Shown here: piece after piece, positions 1-9,225 of the stretch | How the letters are laid out: every line of letters starts with the position of its first letter | How positions within the stretch are numbered: the stretch's first letter is position 1 | Source of the DNA: Dehalococcoidia bacterium | GTDB lineage: Bacteria > Chloroflexota > Dehalococcoidia > Bin125 | Direction of reading: 5' to 3' | Length of the DNA: 64,000 bases | Assembly: GCA_963663895.2 (NCBI GenBank) | Contig: CAXXRD010000001.1 | Coordinates: 544,001 to 608,000 of the forward strand | The notes under the pieces: model-generated | Seen by the model: the letters and a program-made list of their open reading frames with translations, nothing else | What the model was told of the DNA's origin: nothing | Database searches by the model: none | Position numbers and translations under genes: made by a program

Positions 1-342
1 GTCCGCGTCCATGCCGCTGATGGAGGCCTCGTTGCGGGCGCAAACGATCTGCGCCTGCCGGGAGCGCGCGGCCACGCTGAAGTCGATCTCCGCCGACGGC
101 AGCGAGGAGACGAACTCGCTGAGCAGCCGCGCGGGGATCGTGATCGCTCCGGGCTCCTCGACGCGCGCGCCCACCCACGAGGTGAGCGCGATCTGGAGGT
201 TGGTGGCGGCGAGCTTGAGCCGGTCCTCTTCCGCGGAGAGCAGCACGTGCGAGGTCTGGGGCAGCGTGGGGCGCGACGCGACCGCGCGTCCCACAATATC
301 GAGGCCTCGCTTGAGCGCCTCTTGCTGGACCGCCAGTTTCAC
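1..342 (-). CDS. dnaN: DNA polymerase III beta sliding clamp, 5' part (runs off window start)
   Basis: Manual translation from GTG at 342: MKLAVQQEALKRGLDIVGRAVASRPTLPQTSHVLLSAEEDRLKLAATNLQIALTSWVGARVEEPGAITIPARLLSEFVSSLP, a typical beta-clamp N-terminus; GGAGG upstream. Absent from the ORF track because it is truncated. Confidence 0.95.
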   Translation of the reverse strand, partial: MKLAVQQEALKRGLDIVGRAVASRPTLPQTSHVLLSAEEDRLKLAATNLQIALTSWVGARVEEPGAITIPARLLSEFVSSLPSAEIDFSVAARSRQAQIVCARNEASISGMDAD

Positions 343-465
343 CCGCAAGCCTCCACGGCCCTACAAATGCGAATCGATCTATGCGATTGACTGGATGATT
401 GTAGAGCACCAGAGAGGCCAATAGCGACGCAACAGCGGGCAGTTGCGCGGCAGTCGACAGAAGTT

Positions 466-485
466 CGTGGAGAAACGGTGGATAA
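466..485 (-). promoter_or_regulatory. Two tandem DnaA-box-like 9-mers upstream of dnaN
   Basis: Minus strand TTATCCACC (485-477, 1 mismatch to TTATCCACA) and TTCTCCACG (474-466, 2 mismatches); TACAAT -10-like hexamer at 403-398. Confidence 0.5.
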
Positions 486-491
486 CGTGCG

Positions 492-1790
492 TTATCGGCT
501 GCGAGCGACTTCGTCAAGGGCCTTCGCGATGGCGGATTCGGTGAAGGCGATCACTTCGTTGGTGTGCGCCAGCGAGACGAACATGGCCTCGAACTGGGAA
601 GGCGCGACGTTGACCCCCGCGGCCAGGGCGGCGTGGCAGAAGCGTGCATAGGCCGCCGTGTCGCTGGCCTGGGCCGTGGCAAGATCCGTGGGCGGCTGGG
701 CCTGGAAGAAGACGGTGAGCAGGGAGCCGGCGCGGCTCACCGTGACCGGCAGGGACGCGCGCCGCGCCGCCGCCGTGATCGCCGCCGCCAGCCGGGCGGC
801 GCGCCGATCGAGCCGGTCGTAGACGCCGGGATCGCTCAGCTCGTCGAGCGTCGCGACGCCGGCCGCCATCGCCAGCGTATTGCCCGCCAGGGTCCCCGCT
901 TGATAAACAGCGCCCAGCGGCGCCAGGTGCTTCATGATCGCCGCCGGGCCGCCCACGGCGCCGATCGGGAGCCCGCCCCCGATGATCTTGCCCAAGCAGG
1001 TGAGGTCCGGCGTGACGCCGAACTGCGCCTGGGCGCCGCCGCGGGTGAGGCGAAATCCCGTGATCACCTCATCGAAGATGAGGAGCGCCCCGGCGCCGAG
1101 GGTGATCTCCCGCAGCCCTTCCAAGAAGCCCGGCTGCGGCGGCACGAGGCCCATGTTGGCGGCCACCGGCTCCACGATCACGCCCGCCAGATCATCGGCG
1201 TAGGCGCGAACGATGCGCTCGACGCCCGCCAGATCGTTGTAGCGGGCGACCAAGGTCTCGGCGGCGTAGCTCGCGGGGACGCCGGCGCTGTCCGGCAAGC
1301 CCAACGTGGCGAGCCCCGACCCCGATCGCGCCAGCAGGCCGCCGGCGTGCCCGTGGTAGCAGCCGGCGAACTTGATCAGCTTGTTGCGGCCCGTATACCC
1401 GCGCGCGAGCCGGATGGCGGTCATCGTCGCCTCGGTGCCGGAGTTGACGAACCGCACCTGCTCGATCGAGGGGACCGCGGCCACGACCCGCCGCGCGAGC
1501 GCCGTCTCCAACTCCGTGGGGGCGCCGAAGGCCGTCCCGGCGGCGGCGGCATCGCGGATCGCGCCAATGACGGCCGGATGGGCGTGCCCCAGGATCAGCG
1601 GCCCGTAGGCGCACACGTAGTCCGCGTAGGCATTGCCGTCCAAGTCGTAGATGTAGGCGCCACTGCCGCGGTCGATGACGGGCGGCTCTCCGCCGACCGC
1701 GCCAAAGGCCCGCACGGGGCTATTCACGCCCCCGGGAAAGAGCTCCTGCGCGGCCTGAAACGCCGCCCGCGACCGCGGCCGGTCTCTCAC
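492..1790 (-). CDS. hemL: Glutamate-1-semialdehyde 2,1-aminomutase
   Basis: PGGVNSPVRAF, SGTEATM, FDEVITGFR, GKIIGGGLP and YQAGTL motifs; start placed at GTG 1790, overlapping the upstream stop, rather than at the 588-aa ORF start. Confidence 0.95.
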   Translation of the reverse strand: MRDRPRSRAAFQAAQELFPGGVNSPVRAFGAVGGEPPVIDRGSGAYIYDLDGNAYADYVCAYGPLILGHAHPAVIGAIRDAAAAGTAFGAPTELETALARRVVAAVPSIEQVRFVNSGTEATMTAIRLARGYTGRNKLIKFAGCYHGHAGGLLARSGSGLATLGLPDSAGVPASYAAETLVARYNDLAGVERIVRAYADDLAGVIVEPVAANMGLVPPQPGFLEGLREITLGAGALLIFDEVITGFRLTRGGAQAQFGVTPDLTCLGKIIGGGLPIGAVGGPAAIMKHLAPLGAVYQAGTLAGNTLAMAAGVATLDELSDPGVYDRLDRRAARLAAAITAAARRASLPVTVSRAGSLLTVFFQAQPPTDLATAQASDTAAYARFCHAALAAGVNVAPSQFEAMFVSLAHTNEVIAFTESAIAKALDEVARSR

Positions 1791-2563
1791 GGCGCCGCCG
1801 CGGGAATGAGGCGCAAGAGCCCGCGCAGGTCGGGGAAGGTCCAAGTGGCCTCGAACGCCGGTTGATGGGAGGGCGTCTCGCGCTCGAAGCGCTGCACCCG
1901 GTAGACCGGCATCCCCACGCTGCGGGCGCCCGTGACGTCCGCGATCGGATGGTCGCCCACGTGCAGCACTTGCGCGGCCGGCAGGTCGAGCGCCCGCAGC
2001 ACGGCCTCGTAGAAGGGACGGCGCGGTTTGTAGGCGCGCACGTCTTCCGACGACACGACAACGTCCACGCTGATCTCCGCGCCCCGCAGCGCCGCGGCCA
2101 GGTGCCCGCGATCGGCGTTGCTCGCCACCGCGACGGTCACGCCCGCCGCCCGGATCCCATCGACCACCTCCTTGCTCTCCTCGTAGGCCGGCGCCCGCCC
2201 GAGCTCGTCGAGCAGATAAGCCGTCGCCGCATGCGCATCGACCGCGCTGACCTTCCATAGATCGAGGGCGTAGCCGAAGAACAGCGGCCAGCTCTCTTGG
2301 AAGGTGCGGAACGGGGGCTCGGGCCCGTCCAGGGGCCGCTCCGGATCGAGTCCCATCGTCTTGGCGAACTCCCTCGCGGCCTTGATCCAGTCGTCCCAGA
2401 CCGCGCCCGCGTCGGCGGCGACGCCGTGCCGGGCGAAGAGGGTGCGGATCGCCGGAACGAACGCTCGTTCGTCGAAGTCAATGAGGGTGCCGTAGCAGTC
2501 GAAGGCGACTGCCCGGATGTGCGAGAGGTCGACGCCCGCTAGTCCGTTGCTCGTTGCAGCCAG
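1787..2563 (-). CDS. HAD-superfamily hydrolase (haloacid dehalogenase type II-like); start uncertain
   Basis: Motifs [14 protein letters not shown] and [10 protein letters not shown]; no ATG/GTG/TTG near the domain start; CTG at 2563 lies 8 nt after AAGGAG. Confidence 0.8.
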   Translation of the reverse strand: MAATSNGLAGVDLSHIRAVAFDCYGTLIDFDERAFVPAIRTLFARHGVAADAGAVWDDWIKAAREFAKTMGLDPERPLDGPEPPFRTFQESWPLFFGYALDLWKVSAVDAHAATAYLLDELGRAPAYEESKEVVDGIRAAGVTVAVASNADRGHLAAALRGAEISVDVVVSSEDVRAYKPRRPFYEAVLRALDLPAAQVLHVGDHPIADVTGARSVGMPVYRVQRFERETPSHQPAFEATWTFPDLRGLLRLIPAAAP

Positions 2564-3549
2564 CGCGCCATCTCCTTGGCGTGATACGTGAGGATCAGGT
2601 CCGCACCGGCGCGCTTGATCGCGGTCAGCACTTCCGGCACGACACGATTCTCCTCCAACCATCCGTTGGCCGCAGCCGCTTTCACCATCGCGTATTCGCC
2701 GCTGACGTTATAGGCGGCGATCGGACAATCCATGCGATCACGCGCTTGGCGGATCAGATCCAGGTACGGGAGCGCGGGCTTCACCATCACCATATCCGCG
2801 CCCTCGGCAAGGTCTTGCGCGATCTCGCTCAGCGCCTCCCGCCCGTTGGGCGGGTCCATCTGGTAGCTCCGGCGATCGCCGAAGGCCGGCGTCGAGTCCG
2901 CCGCCTCGCGAAAAGGACCGTAGAAGGCCGAAGCGAACTTGGCGGCGTAGGCCAAGATCGCGACATCCGGCAAGCCCGCACCGTCGAGAGCGCCGCGGAT
3001 CGCTCCCACACGGCCGTCCATCATGTCGCTGGGCGCCACGATGTCCGCCCCCGCCTCCGCCTGGCTCAGTGCCGTGGCGGCGATCAGCTCCACGGAGGCG
3101 TCGTTCTCGACCACGCCGCCCGCGCCCAGCACGCCGCAGTGGCCGTGATCGGTGTACTCGCAGAGACAGACATCCGTCATCACGACCAGGTCGGGATCGG
3201 CGTCCTTTAGCACCCGGACGGCCTGCTGCACGATACCGTCCGCGGCGTACGCTTCGGACGCCCGCGCATCCTTGCGAGCCGGAAGCCCGAAGAGGATGAG
3301 CGCGGGAATTCCGAGCGCTCGCAACTCGCGCGCCTCCTCCGGCAGTTGGTCGATCGAGAGGCGGCTCTGTCCCGGCATCGACGCAATGGGGGCGCGCACA
3401 TCGCGGCCGTGCGTCACGAAGAGCGGATATACGAAGTCGTCCGCCGCCAGCCGCGTCTCCCGGACCATCCGTCGCATCGTCTCGCTCCGGCGGATGCGGC
3501 GGTGCCGGCGCGGAAGTGCGAGCCGTGTTGCGCGGTTCGTGTCAAGCAT
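2539..3549 (-). CDS. hemB: Porphobilinogen synthase
   Basis: [14 protein letters not shown] zinc site, [31 protein letters not shown]. Confidence 0.97.
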   Translation of the reverse strand: MLDTNRATRLALPRRHRRIRRSETMRRMVRETRLAADDFVYPLFVTHGRDVRAPIASMPGQSRLSIDQLPEEARELRALGIPALILFGLPARKDARASEAYAADGIVQQAVRVLKDADPDLVVMTDVCLCEYTDHGHCGVLGAGGVVENDASVELIAATALSQAEAGADIVAPSDMMDGRVGAIRGALDGAGLPDVAILAYAAKFASAFYGPFREAADSTPAFGDRRSYQMDPPNGREALSEIAQDLAEGADMVMVKPALPYLDLIRQARDRMDCPIAAYNVSGEYAMVKAAAANGWLEENRVVPEVLTAIKRAGADLILTYHAKEMARWLQRATD

Positions 3550-5086
3550 GGGATGTCACTTTACCGAATGCATCCTTGAGCGCCTTCACCAAGCCAGGGA
3601 TCGTATGCTCCTCGCTGACTACATCCACGCGCAAGCCTAACTCGCGCGCCCTGGCGGCCGTGACGGGACCGATACAGGCCACGAACGGCTGCTCCAGCAG
3701 CTCCGTTCTCCCGTCCAACAGCTCGACACACCCTTGCACCGTCGACGAAGCGGTAAAGGTCGCGATGTCGATCTCCCCCGCCTCGAGCCGCGCGATGACG
3801 GCCGAATCGGCCGTGGCAGGTCGACGCGCGACGTAGAACACCACATCGTCGACGGTCGCGCCACGGCGGCGGAGCCCCTGGGGGAGGACCGTTCGCGCTC
3901 CGTCAGCCCGAGCGAGCAGCATCCGCGCCCCTTCCAAGGGATGATCGGCGAGGGCCAAAAGCAACTCCTCGGCCACGTACCGGGCCGGCACCACGTCCGC
4001 ACGAATCCCCCGGCGGGCTAGCGCCCCGGCGGTCGCCTGGCCGATCGCGGCGACCTGGACACCGCCCAAGGCGCGGCTGTCATGTCCTGCCCGATCGAGC
4101 GCGGCGAACAGCTGATCAACGCCATTGGCGCTCGTGAGGATGGCCCAGTCGTAGCGGCCCGCGGCCAGATCGGCGACGGCGGCGGCCGTGGCGGCGCTGG
4201 GCCGTGCCTCAATCTCGATAGCGGGGAATTCGATCGGCTCGGCGCCTTCCCGGACGAGGCATCGCGCCATCTCGCTCACCTGCGTCCGTGTGCGGGTGAT
4301 GAGAACCCGCTTGCCGAAGAGGGGTCGTTGGTCGAACCAGCGCAGCTTCGCCCGTAACGAAACCACCTGCCCCACGATGAGGACGGCGGGGGCGGCGAGG
4401 CCCGCTGCATCGGCCGCGGCGGGGAGTCGTGCCAGGGGCGCTTCCACGACCCGCTGCTGCGGCGTGGTCCCGCGCTCCACGAGCGCGGCCGGCGTGTTGG
4501 CCGGGCGGCCGTGCTCGATCAGCCGCTCGCACACCGCAGCGAGCGTCCGCCTCGCCATGAGGCAAGCGATGGTGTCGGGCCCGCGCGCGATCGCTTCCCA
4601 ATCGATGGCGCTGTCGACCTTCAACGCATCTTCGTGGCCGGTGACGACCACGAAAGACGATGCGAGATCGCGATGGGTCACCGGAATCCCAGCATAGGCA
4701 GGCGCTGCAACCGCCGAGCCCACGCCGGGGACCACTTCAAAGGGAACTCCGGCTGCCGCCAGCGCTTCCGCCTCCTCGCCGCCGCGTCCGAAGACGAACG
4801 GATCGCCGCCTTTGAGGCGCACCACAGCCTTCCCGGCGCGGGCGCCGTCGATCAACGACCGTGCGATCTCGGCCTGCGGCATCGCCTGCGCGCCGGCTTC
4901 CTTGCCGACGAAAACGCGCTCCGCTTCGGGACGGACTTCCTGCAGCAGCGCGGGATTAATCAAGCGGTCGTAGACAACGAGATCGGCCCGGCGAAGCCGC
5001 TCCCGTCCCAGCAGCGTCAGCAAGCCCGGGTCGCCGGGACCGGCGCCGACGAGACTCACCAAGCCGGCCGCGTCGCCGCGCGTCAC
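3542..5086 (-). CDS. cobA: Fused uroporphyrinogen-III C-methyltransferase / uroporphyrinogen-III synthase (CobA-HemD)
   Basis: N-terminal [12 protein letters not shown] and [16 protein letters not shown]; C-terminal HemD-type [28 protein letters not shown]. Confidence 0.93.
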   Translation of the reverse strand: MTRGDAAGLVSLVGAGPGDPGLLTLLGRERLRRADLVVYDRLINPALLQEVRPEAERVFVGKEAGAQAMPQAEIARSLIDGARAGKAVVRLKGGDPFVFGRGGEEAEALAAAGVPFEVVPGVGSAVAAPAYAGIPVTHRDLASSFVVVTGHEDALKVDSAIDWEAIARGPDTIACLMARRTLAAVCERLIEHGRPANTPAALVERGTTPQQRVVEAPLARLPAAADAAGLAAPAVLIVGQVVSLRAKLRWFDQRPLFGKRVLITRTRTQVSEMARCLVREGAEPIEFPAIEIEARPSAATAAAVADLAAGRYDWAILTSANGVDQLFAALDRAGHDSRALGGVQVAAIGQATAGALARRGIRADVVPARYVAEELLLALADHPLEGARMLLARADGARTVLPQGLRRRGATVDDVVFYVARRPATADSAVIARLEAGEIDIATFTASSTVQGCVELLDGRTELLEQPFVACIGPVTAARARELGLRVDVVSEEHTIPGLVKALKDAFGKVTSHA

Positions 5087-5997
5087 GAGACGCTCCGGCC
5101 GATCAGCTCGTGGACGCCCTGCTTCCGCAGCGCCGCCGCCAGCGCATGCCCTACCGCCTCCGGATCATCGGCGGGACCGGAGCGCTGCGCCGTAATCGTG
5201 CGCGCCGCGCGTTCGCCGTAGGCCGCGCCCACAACCGTCACCTCACCCGCGCGCACGTGACCCAAGGCCGCGACCGGCAGCGCGCAGCCCGCTCCCAGTG
5301 AAGCCAGCACCGCTCGCTCGGCCCGCACCGCCAGCGCAGTTGGCCGGTGATCGAGGGACTCCAGCTCCGCGATCGTCTCACGCTCGCCGCGCCGCGCCTG
5401 CAGCACAACCGCGCCCTGGCCCGGCGCGGGAAGCATGCGATCGATCGGCAAGTATTCGCTCACTACATCCAGGCGCCCGAGCCGAGCGAGACCGGCGGCT
5501 GCCAGCACAGTGCCATCGTAATCGCCGCGCTGGACCTTCTCGATACGGGTGTCGACGTTGCCCCGAATGTTCGGAGTCTCGACATCCTGGCGCAGGGAGC
5601 GGAGCTGGGCCGCGCGCCGCCGACTGCTCGTGCCAACGCGCGCGCCGGCCGGCAGCCCGGCCAATGACGATCCGCTGCGGCTGACCAGCACGTCGCGCAC
5701 ATCCGCGCGGGGCAGGTACGCCGCCAGCTCCGTTCCCTCCAGCGGTGCGATCCCCACATCCTTCGCGCTATGCACCGCCACATCGATCCGCCCATCGAGA
5801 AGCGCCTCCTCGATAGCGCGGGCGAAAACACCGGGACCAGCGATCGACGCCAGCCGCGCCTCGGGCTGCTGATCGCCCAGCGTGCGGCAGACGACGACTT
5901 CCACACGCACGCCGGCGGCCTCGATCGCTTGCACCGCCTCCTGCGTCTGCACGCGCGCCAGCCAGCTGCCGCGCGTGCCTACCCGCAGCGTTCGCAA
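5083..5997 (-). CDS. hemC: Hydroxymethylbilane synthase (porphobilinogen deaminase)
   Basis: GTRGSxLA, AVHSAKD, GTSSRRR, RGNVDTR, PAPGQG, GAGCALP; start at TTG 5997 just after the hemA stop. Confidence 0.95.
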   Translation of the reverse strand: MRTLRVGTRGSWLARVQTQEAVQAIEAAGVRVEVVVCRTLGDQQPEARLASIAGPGVFARAIEEALLDGRIDVAVHSAKDVGIAPLEGTELAAYLPRADVRDVLVSRSGSSLAGLPAGARVGTSSRRRAAQLRSLRQDVETPNIRGNVDTRIEKVQRGDYDGTVLAAAGLARLGRLDVVSEYLPIDRMLPAPGQGAVVLQARRGERETIAELESLDHRPTALAVRAERAVLASLGAGCALPVAALGHVRAGEVTVVGAAYGERAARTITAQRSGPADDPEAVGHALAAALRKQGVHELIGRSVS

Positions 5998-5998
5998 G

Positions 5999-7237
5999 TC
6001 AGCGCTCCTCCAGCGCGAACAGCCGCCGAACGGCAGCCGCGTCCACATCGTCCTCTTTCAACGCCTGGATCGGCTCGTGCAGCAGCTTTTTCACGATCGC
6101 GGCGGTCATCTTCTCAAGCTTGGCAGTGGAAGCGTCGTCGAGCGCAAGCTCGCGGACCGTGCGTTCCGTCTCCGCCCGGCGGATCGCCTCCGCTCGGTCG
6201 AGCAAGGCGGTAATCGCCGGCACCGCTCTCCGCGACTCGACCCAGCTGGTGAACTGCTCCGCAGCGGCCGACACGAGGCACTGCGCATGGGCCGCCGCCT
6301 GTTCGCGCAGCCGCAGGTTCGCCTCCGAAATCGTCTGCAGATCATCGATGTCGAACAGTCCCACGCCCGGCAGTGCCCGGACCACCGGGTCGACATCCCG
6401 CGGGACCGCGACGTCAAGAATCGTGATGGAGGATTCACGGATCGCAAGCACCTCTTGCAGGCGTGCGCGATCGAGAAGGAAGCCCTCCGCCGCGCTGGAG
6501 GTAATCACGACATCCGCCTGCACAAGCGCACTGGTCAGATCCGCAAACGGGACCGCCGCGCCCTGCAGCTCCAGCGCAAGCCTCTCCGCCCGCCGAGCCG
6601 TGCGGCCCGTGACGGCCACATCGTGGACCCCCGCGTCGCGCAGCGCCCGGGCCGCGAGCTTGCCCGCTTCCCCCGCACCCACCACAAGCGCACGCTTGCC
6701 GTGCAACGAGCCGATCCGCTCGCGGGCGAGATCAACGGCCGCGCTACTCACGGATACCGCAAATCGCGCGATGTCCGTCTCATGCCGGCAGCGCTTGCCC
6801 ACCTCCAGCGCCGCATGAAAGAGCCGCGCCAGTACGGGATCCAGGGATCCGGCGCGAGACGCACCCTGCAATCCCCGCCGAACCTGGCCCAGGATCTGCC
6901 CTTCACCCAGGATCATGGAATCAATCCCGGCTGCCACGCGGAACAGATGCGCGGCCGCGTCGTGCTCCCGCAGCTCATAGAAACTGGGGAGCAGCTCGCT
7001 GCCGTCGATCCCCTTCAAGCGCGAGAGGTGAGCGACCAGATCGCTCGGACGGTCACTCGCATCGTGGCTATTGACGTACAGCTCCACGCGATTGCACGTC
7101 GAGAGCACCGCTCCGTTGCCGAACCGGTCGCGGAGCGACTGCAGCGCCAGTGGCGCCTCGCGATGGTTGAGCGCGAAACGCTCGCGCGCCTGCACGGAGG
7201 CTGTGCGATGGGAGACCCCCGCAGCCAGCAGCGTCAT
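5999..7237 (-). CDS. hemA: Glutamyl-tRNA reductase
   Basis: STCNRVE catalytic motif, GIDSMILGEGQILGQV, VGAGEAG, DVAVPRDVD. Confidence 0.97.
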   Translation of the reverse strand: MTLLAAGVSHRTASVQARERFALNHREAPLALQSLRDRFGNGAVLSTCNRVELYVNSHDASDRPSDLVAHLSRLKGIDGSELLPSFYELREHDAAAHLFRVAAGIDSMILGEGQILGQVRRGLQGASRAGSLDPVLARLFHAALEVGKRCRHETDIARFAVSVSSAAVDLARERIGSLHGKRALVVGAGEAGKLAARALRDAGVHDVAVTGRTARRAERLALELQGAAVPFADLTSALVQADVVITSSAAEGFLLDRARLQEVLAIRESSITILDVAVPRDVDPVVRALPGVGLFDIDDLQTISEANLRLREQAAAHAQCLVSAAAEQFTSWVESRRAVPAITALLDRAEAIRRAETERTVRELALDDASTAKLEKMTAAIVKKLLHEPIQALKEDDVDAAAVRRLFALEER

Positions 7238-7935
7238 CGAACGGTGCTCCGCGCCGCGGGACGCGTCACCGCGAGAGCGGTAGGCAGCGGCTCCTGCGGC
7301 AGGATGGGCGCACCCAGGCGAGACAGCAACAAGGCCTTCGCTTGGCCCCAGCGCCGTTGCGCCAAGAGCGAACGGAGCCGTCCGTCAATGGCAGCCTGCC
7401 AAGTGTCCTGTGGAATTTGCAGCAGCACGCCGCGGCGCTTGAGTTCGGCGCGCACTTCAGCCAGGAGCTCCGCCAGCGCTTCGAAGTCCTCGGTGAAGTA
7501 GGCGTCCAGCTCCTCACGCACGCGCCGGGCCATCGCGGGGCTGCCTCCGCCCGTCGAGATCGCGATGGTGACCGGACCGCGTCGCACCACGGCGGGAAGA
7601 ATGAAGTCGCAGTTATCGGGATCGTCCGCCGCGTTGACCCACGCCCCGCGGGCACGCGACTCAGCACGGACTTGCGCATTGGCCGAGCGGTCGTCCGTCG
7701 CCACCATCACGATCGCGAAGCCCGTCGCGTCGTCCGAGCTATACGCGCGCGCCACGTGCTTGATCCGCCCCTCCGCCACCCACGCGGCCAGCGTCGGGTG
7801 CAACTCCGGACTGACGACGGTGACCTGCGCCTCGGCGGCCAAGAGACCCCGGACCTTCTGTAGCCCGATCTCGCCGCCGCCAACCACCAAGCATGGCTTG
7901 TTCTTCAGCTCCACAAAGATCGGGTAATAGACCAC
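7234..7935 (-). CDS. Precorrin-2 dehydrogenase / sirohydrochlorin ferrochelatase (SirC / CysG N-terminal type)
   Basis: YYPIFVEL, VVGGG, NAADDPDNCDF and ISTGGGSP; GTG at 7935 preceded by GGGAGGG. Confidence 0.9.
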   Translation of the reverse strand: MVYYPIFVELKNKPCLVVGGGEIGLQKVRGLLAAEAQVTVVSPELHPTLAAWVAEGRIKHVARAYSSDDATGFAIVMVATDDRSANAQVRAESRARGAWVNAADDPDNCDFILPAVVRRGPVTIAISTGGGSPAMARRVREELDAYFTEDFEALAELLAEVRAELKRRGVLLQIPQDTWQAAIDGRLRSLLAQRRWGQAKALLLSRLGAPILPQEPLPTALAVTRPAARSTVR

Positions 7936-7951
7936 GCGTCCCTCCCTCGGC

Positions 7952-8617
7952 TTAACCGTGTCGGCCAAGACCGGGGACGGACGTCCTGGCCGCCTCACGC
8001 TCGTAGGCTGCGGTAAGCGCCACCAAAATCTCGTCTTCAAGCCGCGAAACTCGCTCCCACACGCCTCCCGCAGCGCCAGCCGCCATGCCCTGCGTTTGGG
8101 CGTGGCGAGTCACCACCTCTGCCACGCCGGTGCGGAAATAAGAGAACGCGGCCACTGCCTCTGAAAGGCCCAACCCGGCCTCGCCCAGTAACCGTCCGTA
8201 ATCCGCGCCGACGCGGCTGGCCTCGGCGGTCAGGGCACCTTCGTCCGGCTCCGCTTCCGCGGCCCGGCTCACTAGCTCAACGGTATGGCGACCCAGATCA
8301 CCAAGGGCCCGTCGTGTCTGATCGGTGAGCCGCCCGAGCCAGGCCGGCGCACGTCCTTCATCCAAGCGAGCGCGGATGTGGCGGAGCGCCTCCCCATCGA
8401 TCTGAAACCCGTCACCGCCCGCTCCCCCCTCCGTCAACCGGCTCAACTCCCTCGCCGCGAAGCGGCGATGGCCACCCGGCGTCCGGAAGCTGCGGACCGT
8501 GCCGGCGTCCGCCCAGCGGCGCAGCGTGGACTCACTGACACCCAGGACACGACTGGCCTGCCCCAGAGTGAGCCAAGAGCTCAGCGCGCGCGCGGACCCG
8601 GATCCACTTTTGCTCAA
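7952..8617 (-). CDS. MerR/excisionase-type HTH DNA-binding protein with all-alpha C-terminal domain, first gene of the hem operon
   Basis: WLTLGQASRVLGVSESTLRRWADAG...RTPGGHRRF helix-turn-helix; helical C-terminal domain of about 150 aa. Confidence 0.8.
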   Translation of the reverse strand: MSKSGSGSARALSSWLTLGQASRVLGVSESTLRRWADAGTVRSFRTPGGHRRFAARELSRLTEGGAGGDGFQIDGEALRHIRARLDEGRAPAWLGRLTDQTRRALGDLGRHTVELVSRAAEAEPDEGALTAEASRVGADYGRLLGEAGLGLSEAVAAFSYFRTGVAEVVTRHAQTQGMAAGAAGGVWERVSRLEDEILVALTAAYEREAARTSVPGLGRHG

Positions 8618-8692
8618 AACTACTCAAATCTACCGAAAAATACGCGAATCTCTGGGAATTCTAAGAGCGATACGGACAGCGGACAAGGAATT

Positions 8693-8708
8693 TGTGACGA
8701 AACTCACA
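8693..8708. promoter_or_regulatory. TGTGA-N6-TCACA operator (CRP/FNR-family or Rex-like)
   Basis: TGTGA CGAAAC TCACA in the AT-rich gap between the ribH stop and the HTH gene start. Confidence 0.75.
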
Positions 8709-8719
8709 GATCGGAAAGG

Positions 8720-9217
8720 TTACGACGCCGAGCCGCCATCCGACCAGTGCTCACGTGCCAACGCCAACACGCGCGCGCTCTCGATAGCGGCGCGCGCCGC
8801 CTCTTCGCCCTTGTTCCCGGCAGTACCGCCCGCGCGCGCGAACGCCAGCTCGGTGGAGGGGGTGGCCAGCACCTCGAAGATGCAGGGCACGCCCGTATCC
8901 GTCGAGACCGCGGCGATCCCGCGGGCCGCTTGATCCGCCACCAACCGATAGTGGTCCGTCTCGCCCTGGATCACCGCGCCAAGACAGATCACCGCGTCGT
9001 AGCGCTCGCTCGCGGCGGCGGTGCGCGCAACCAGCGGAATCTCGAATGCGCCGGGAACCCAGAAAACATCAAGGGCGTCTTCACTGGCGCCGCGCTCGAC
9101 GAGAGTCCGCAGAGCGCCTTCCAACAAGCGCTTGCCAATGACCTCATTGAAGCGAGACACCACCAGTGCGAAGCGCAAACCGGTGGCATCGTCGCCGCCC
9201 TCGAAGACCCGCGCCAT
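8720..9217 (-). CDS. ribH: 6,7-dimethyl-8-ribityllumazine synthase
   Basis: VSRFN, VPGAFEIP, CLGAVIQGETDH, GNKGEEAA. Confidence 0.97.
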   Translation of the reverse strand: MARVFEGGDDATGLRFALVVSRFNEVIGKRLLEGALRTLVERGASEDALDVFWVPGAFEIPLVARTAAASERYDAVICLGAVIQGETDHYRLVADQAARGIAAVSTDTGVPCIFEVLATPSTELAFARAGGTAGNKGEEAARAAIESARVLALAREHWSDGGSAS

Positions 9218-9225
9218 GCGGTCAG

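Noticed and set aside
492-2258. 588-aa HemL with a long N-terminal extension
   Set aside because: The extension is an alternative frame of the HAD gene; HemL similarity begins at GTG 1790.
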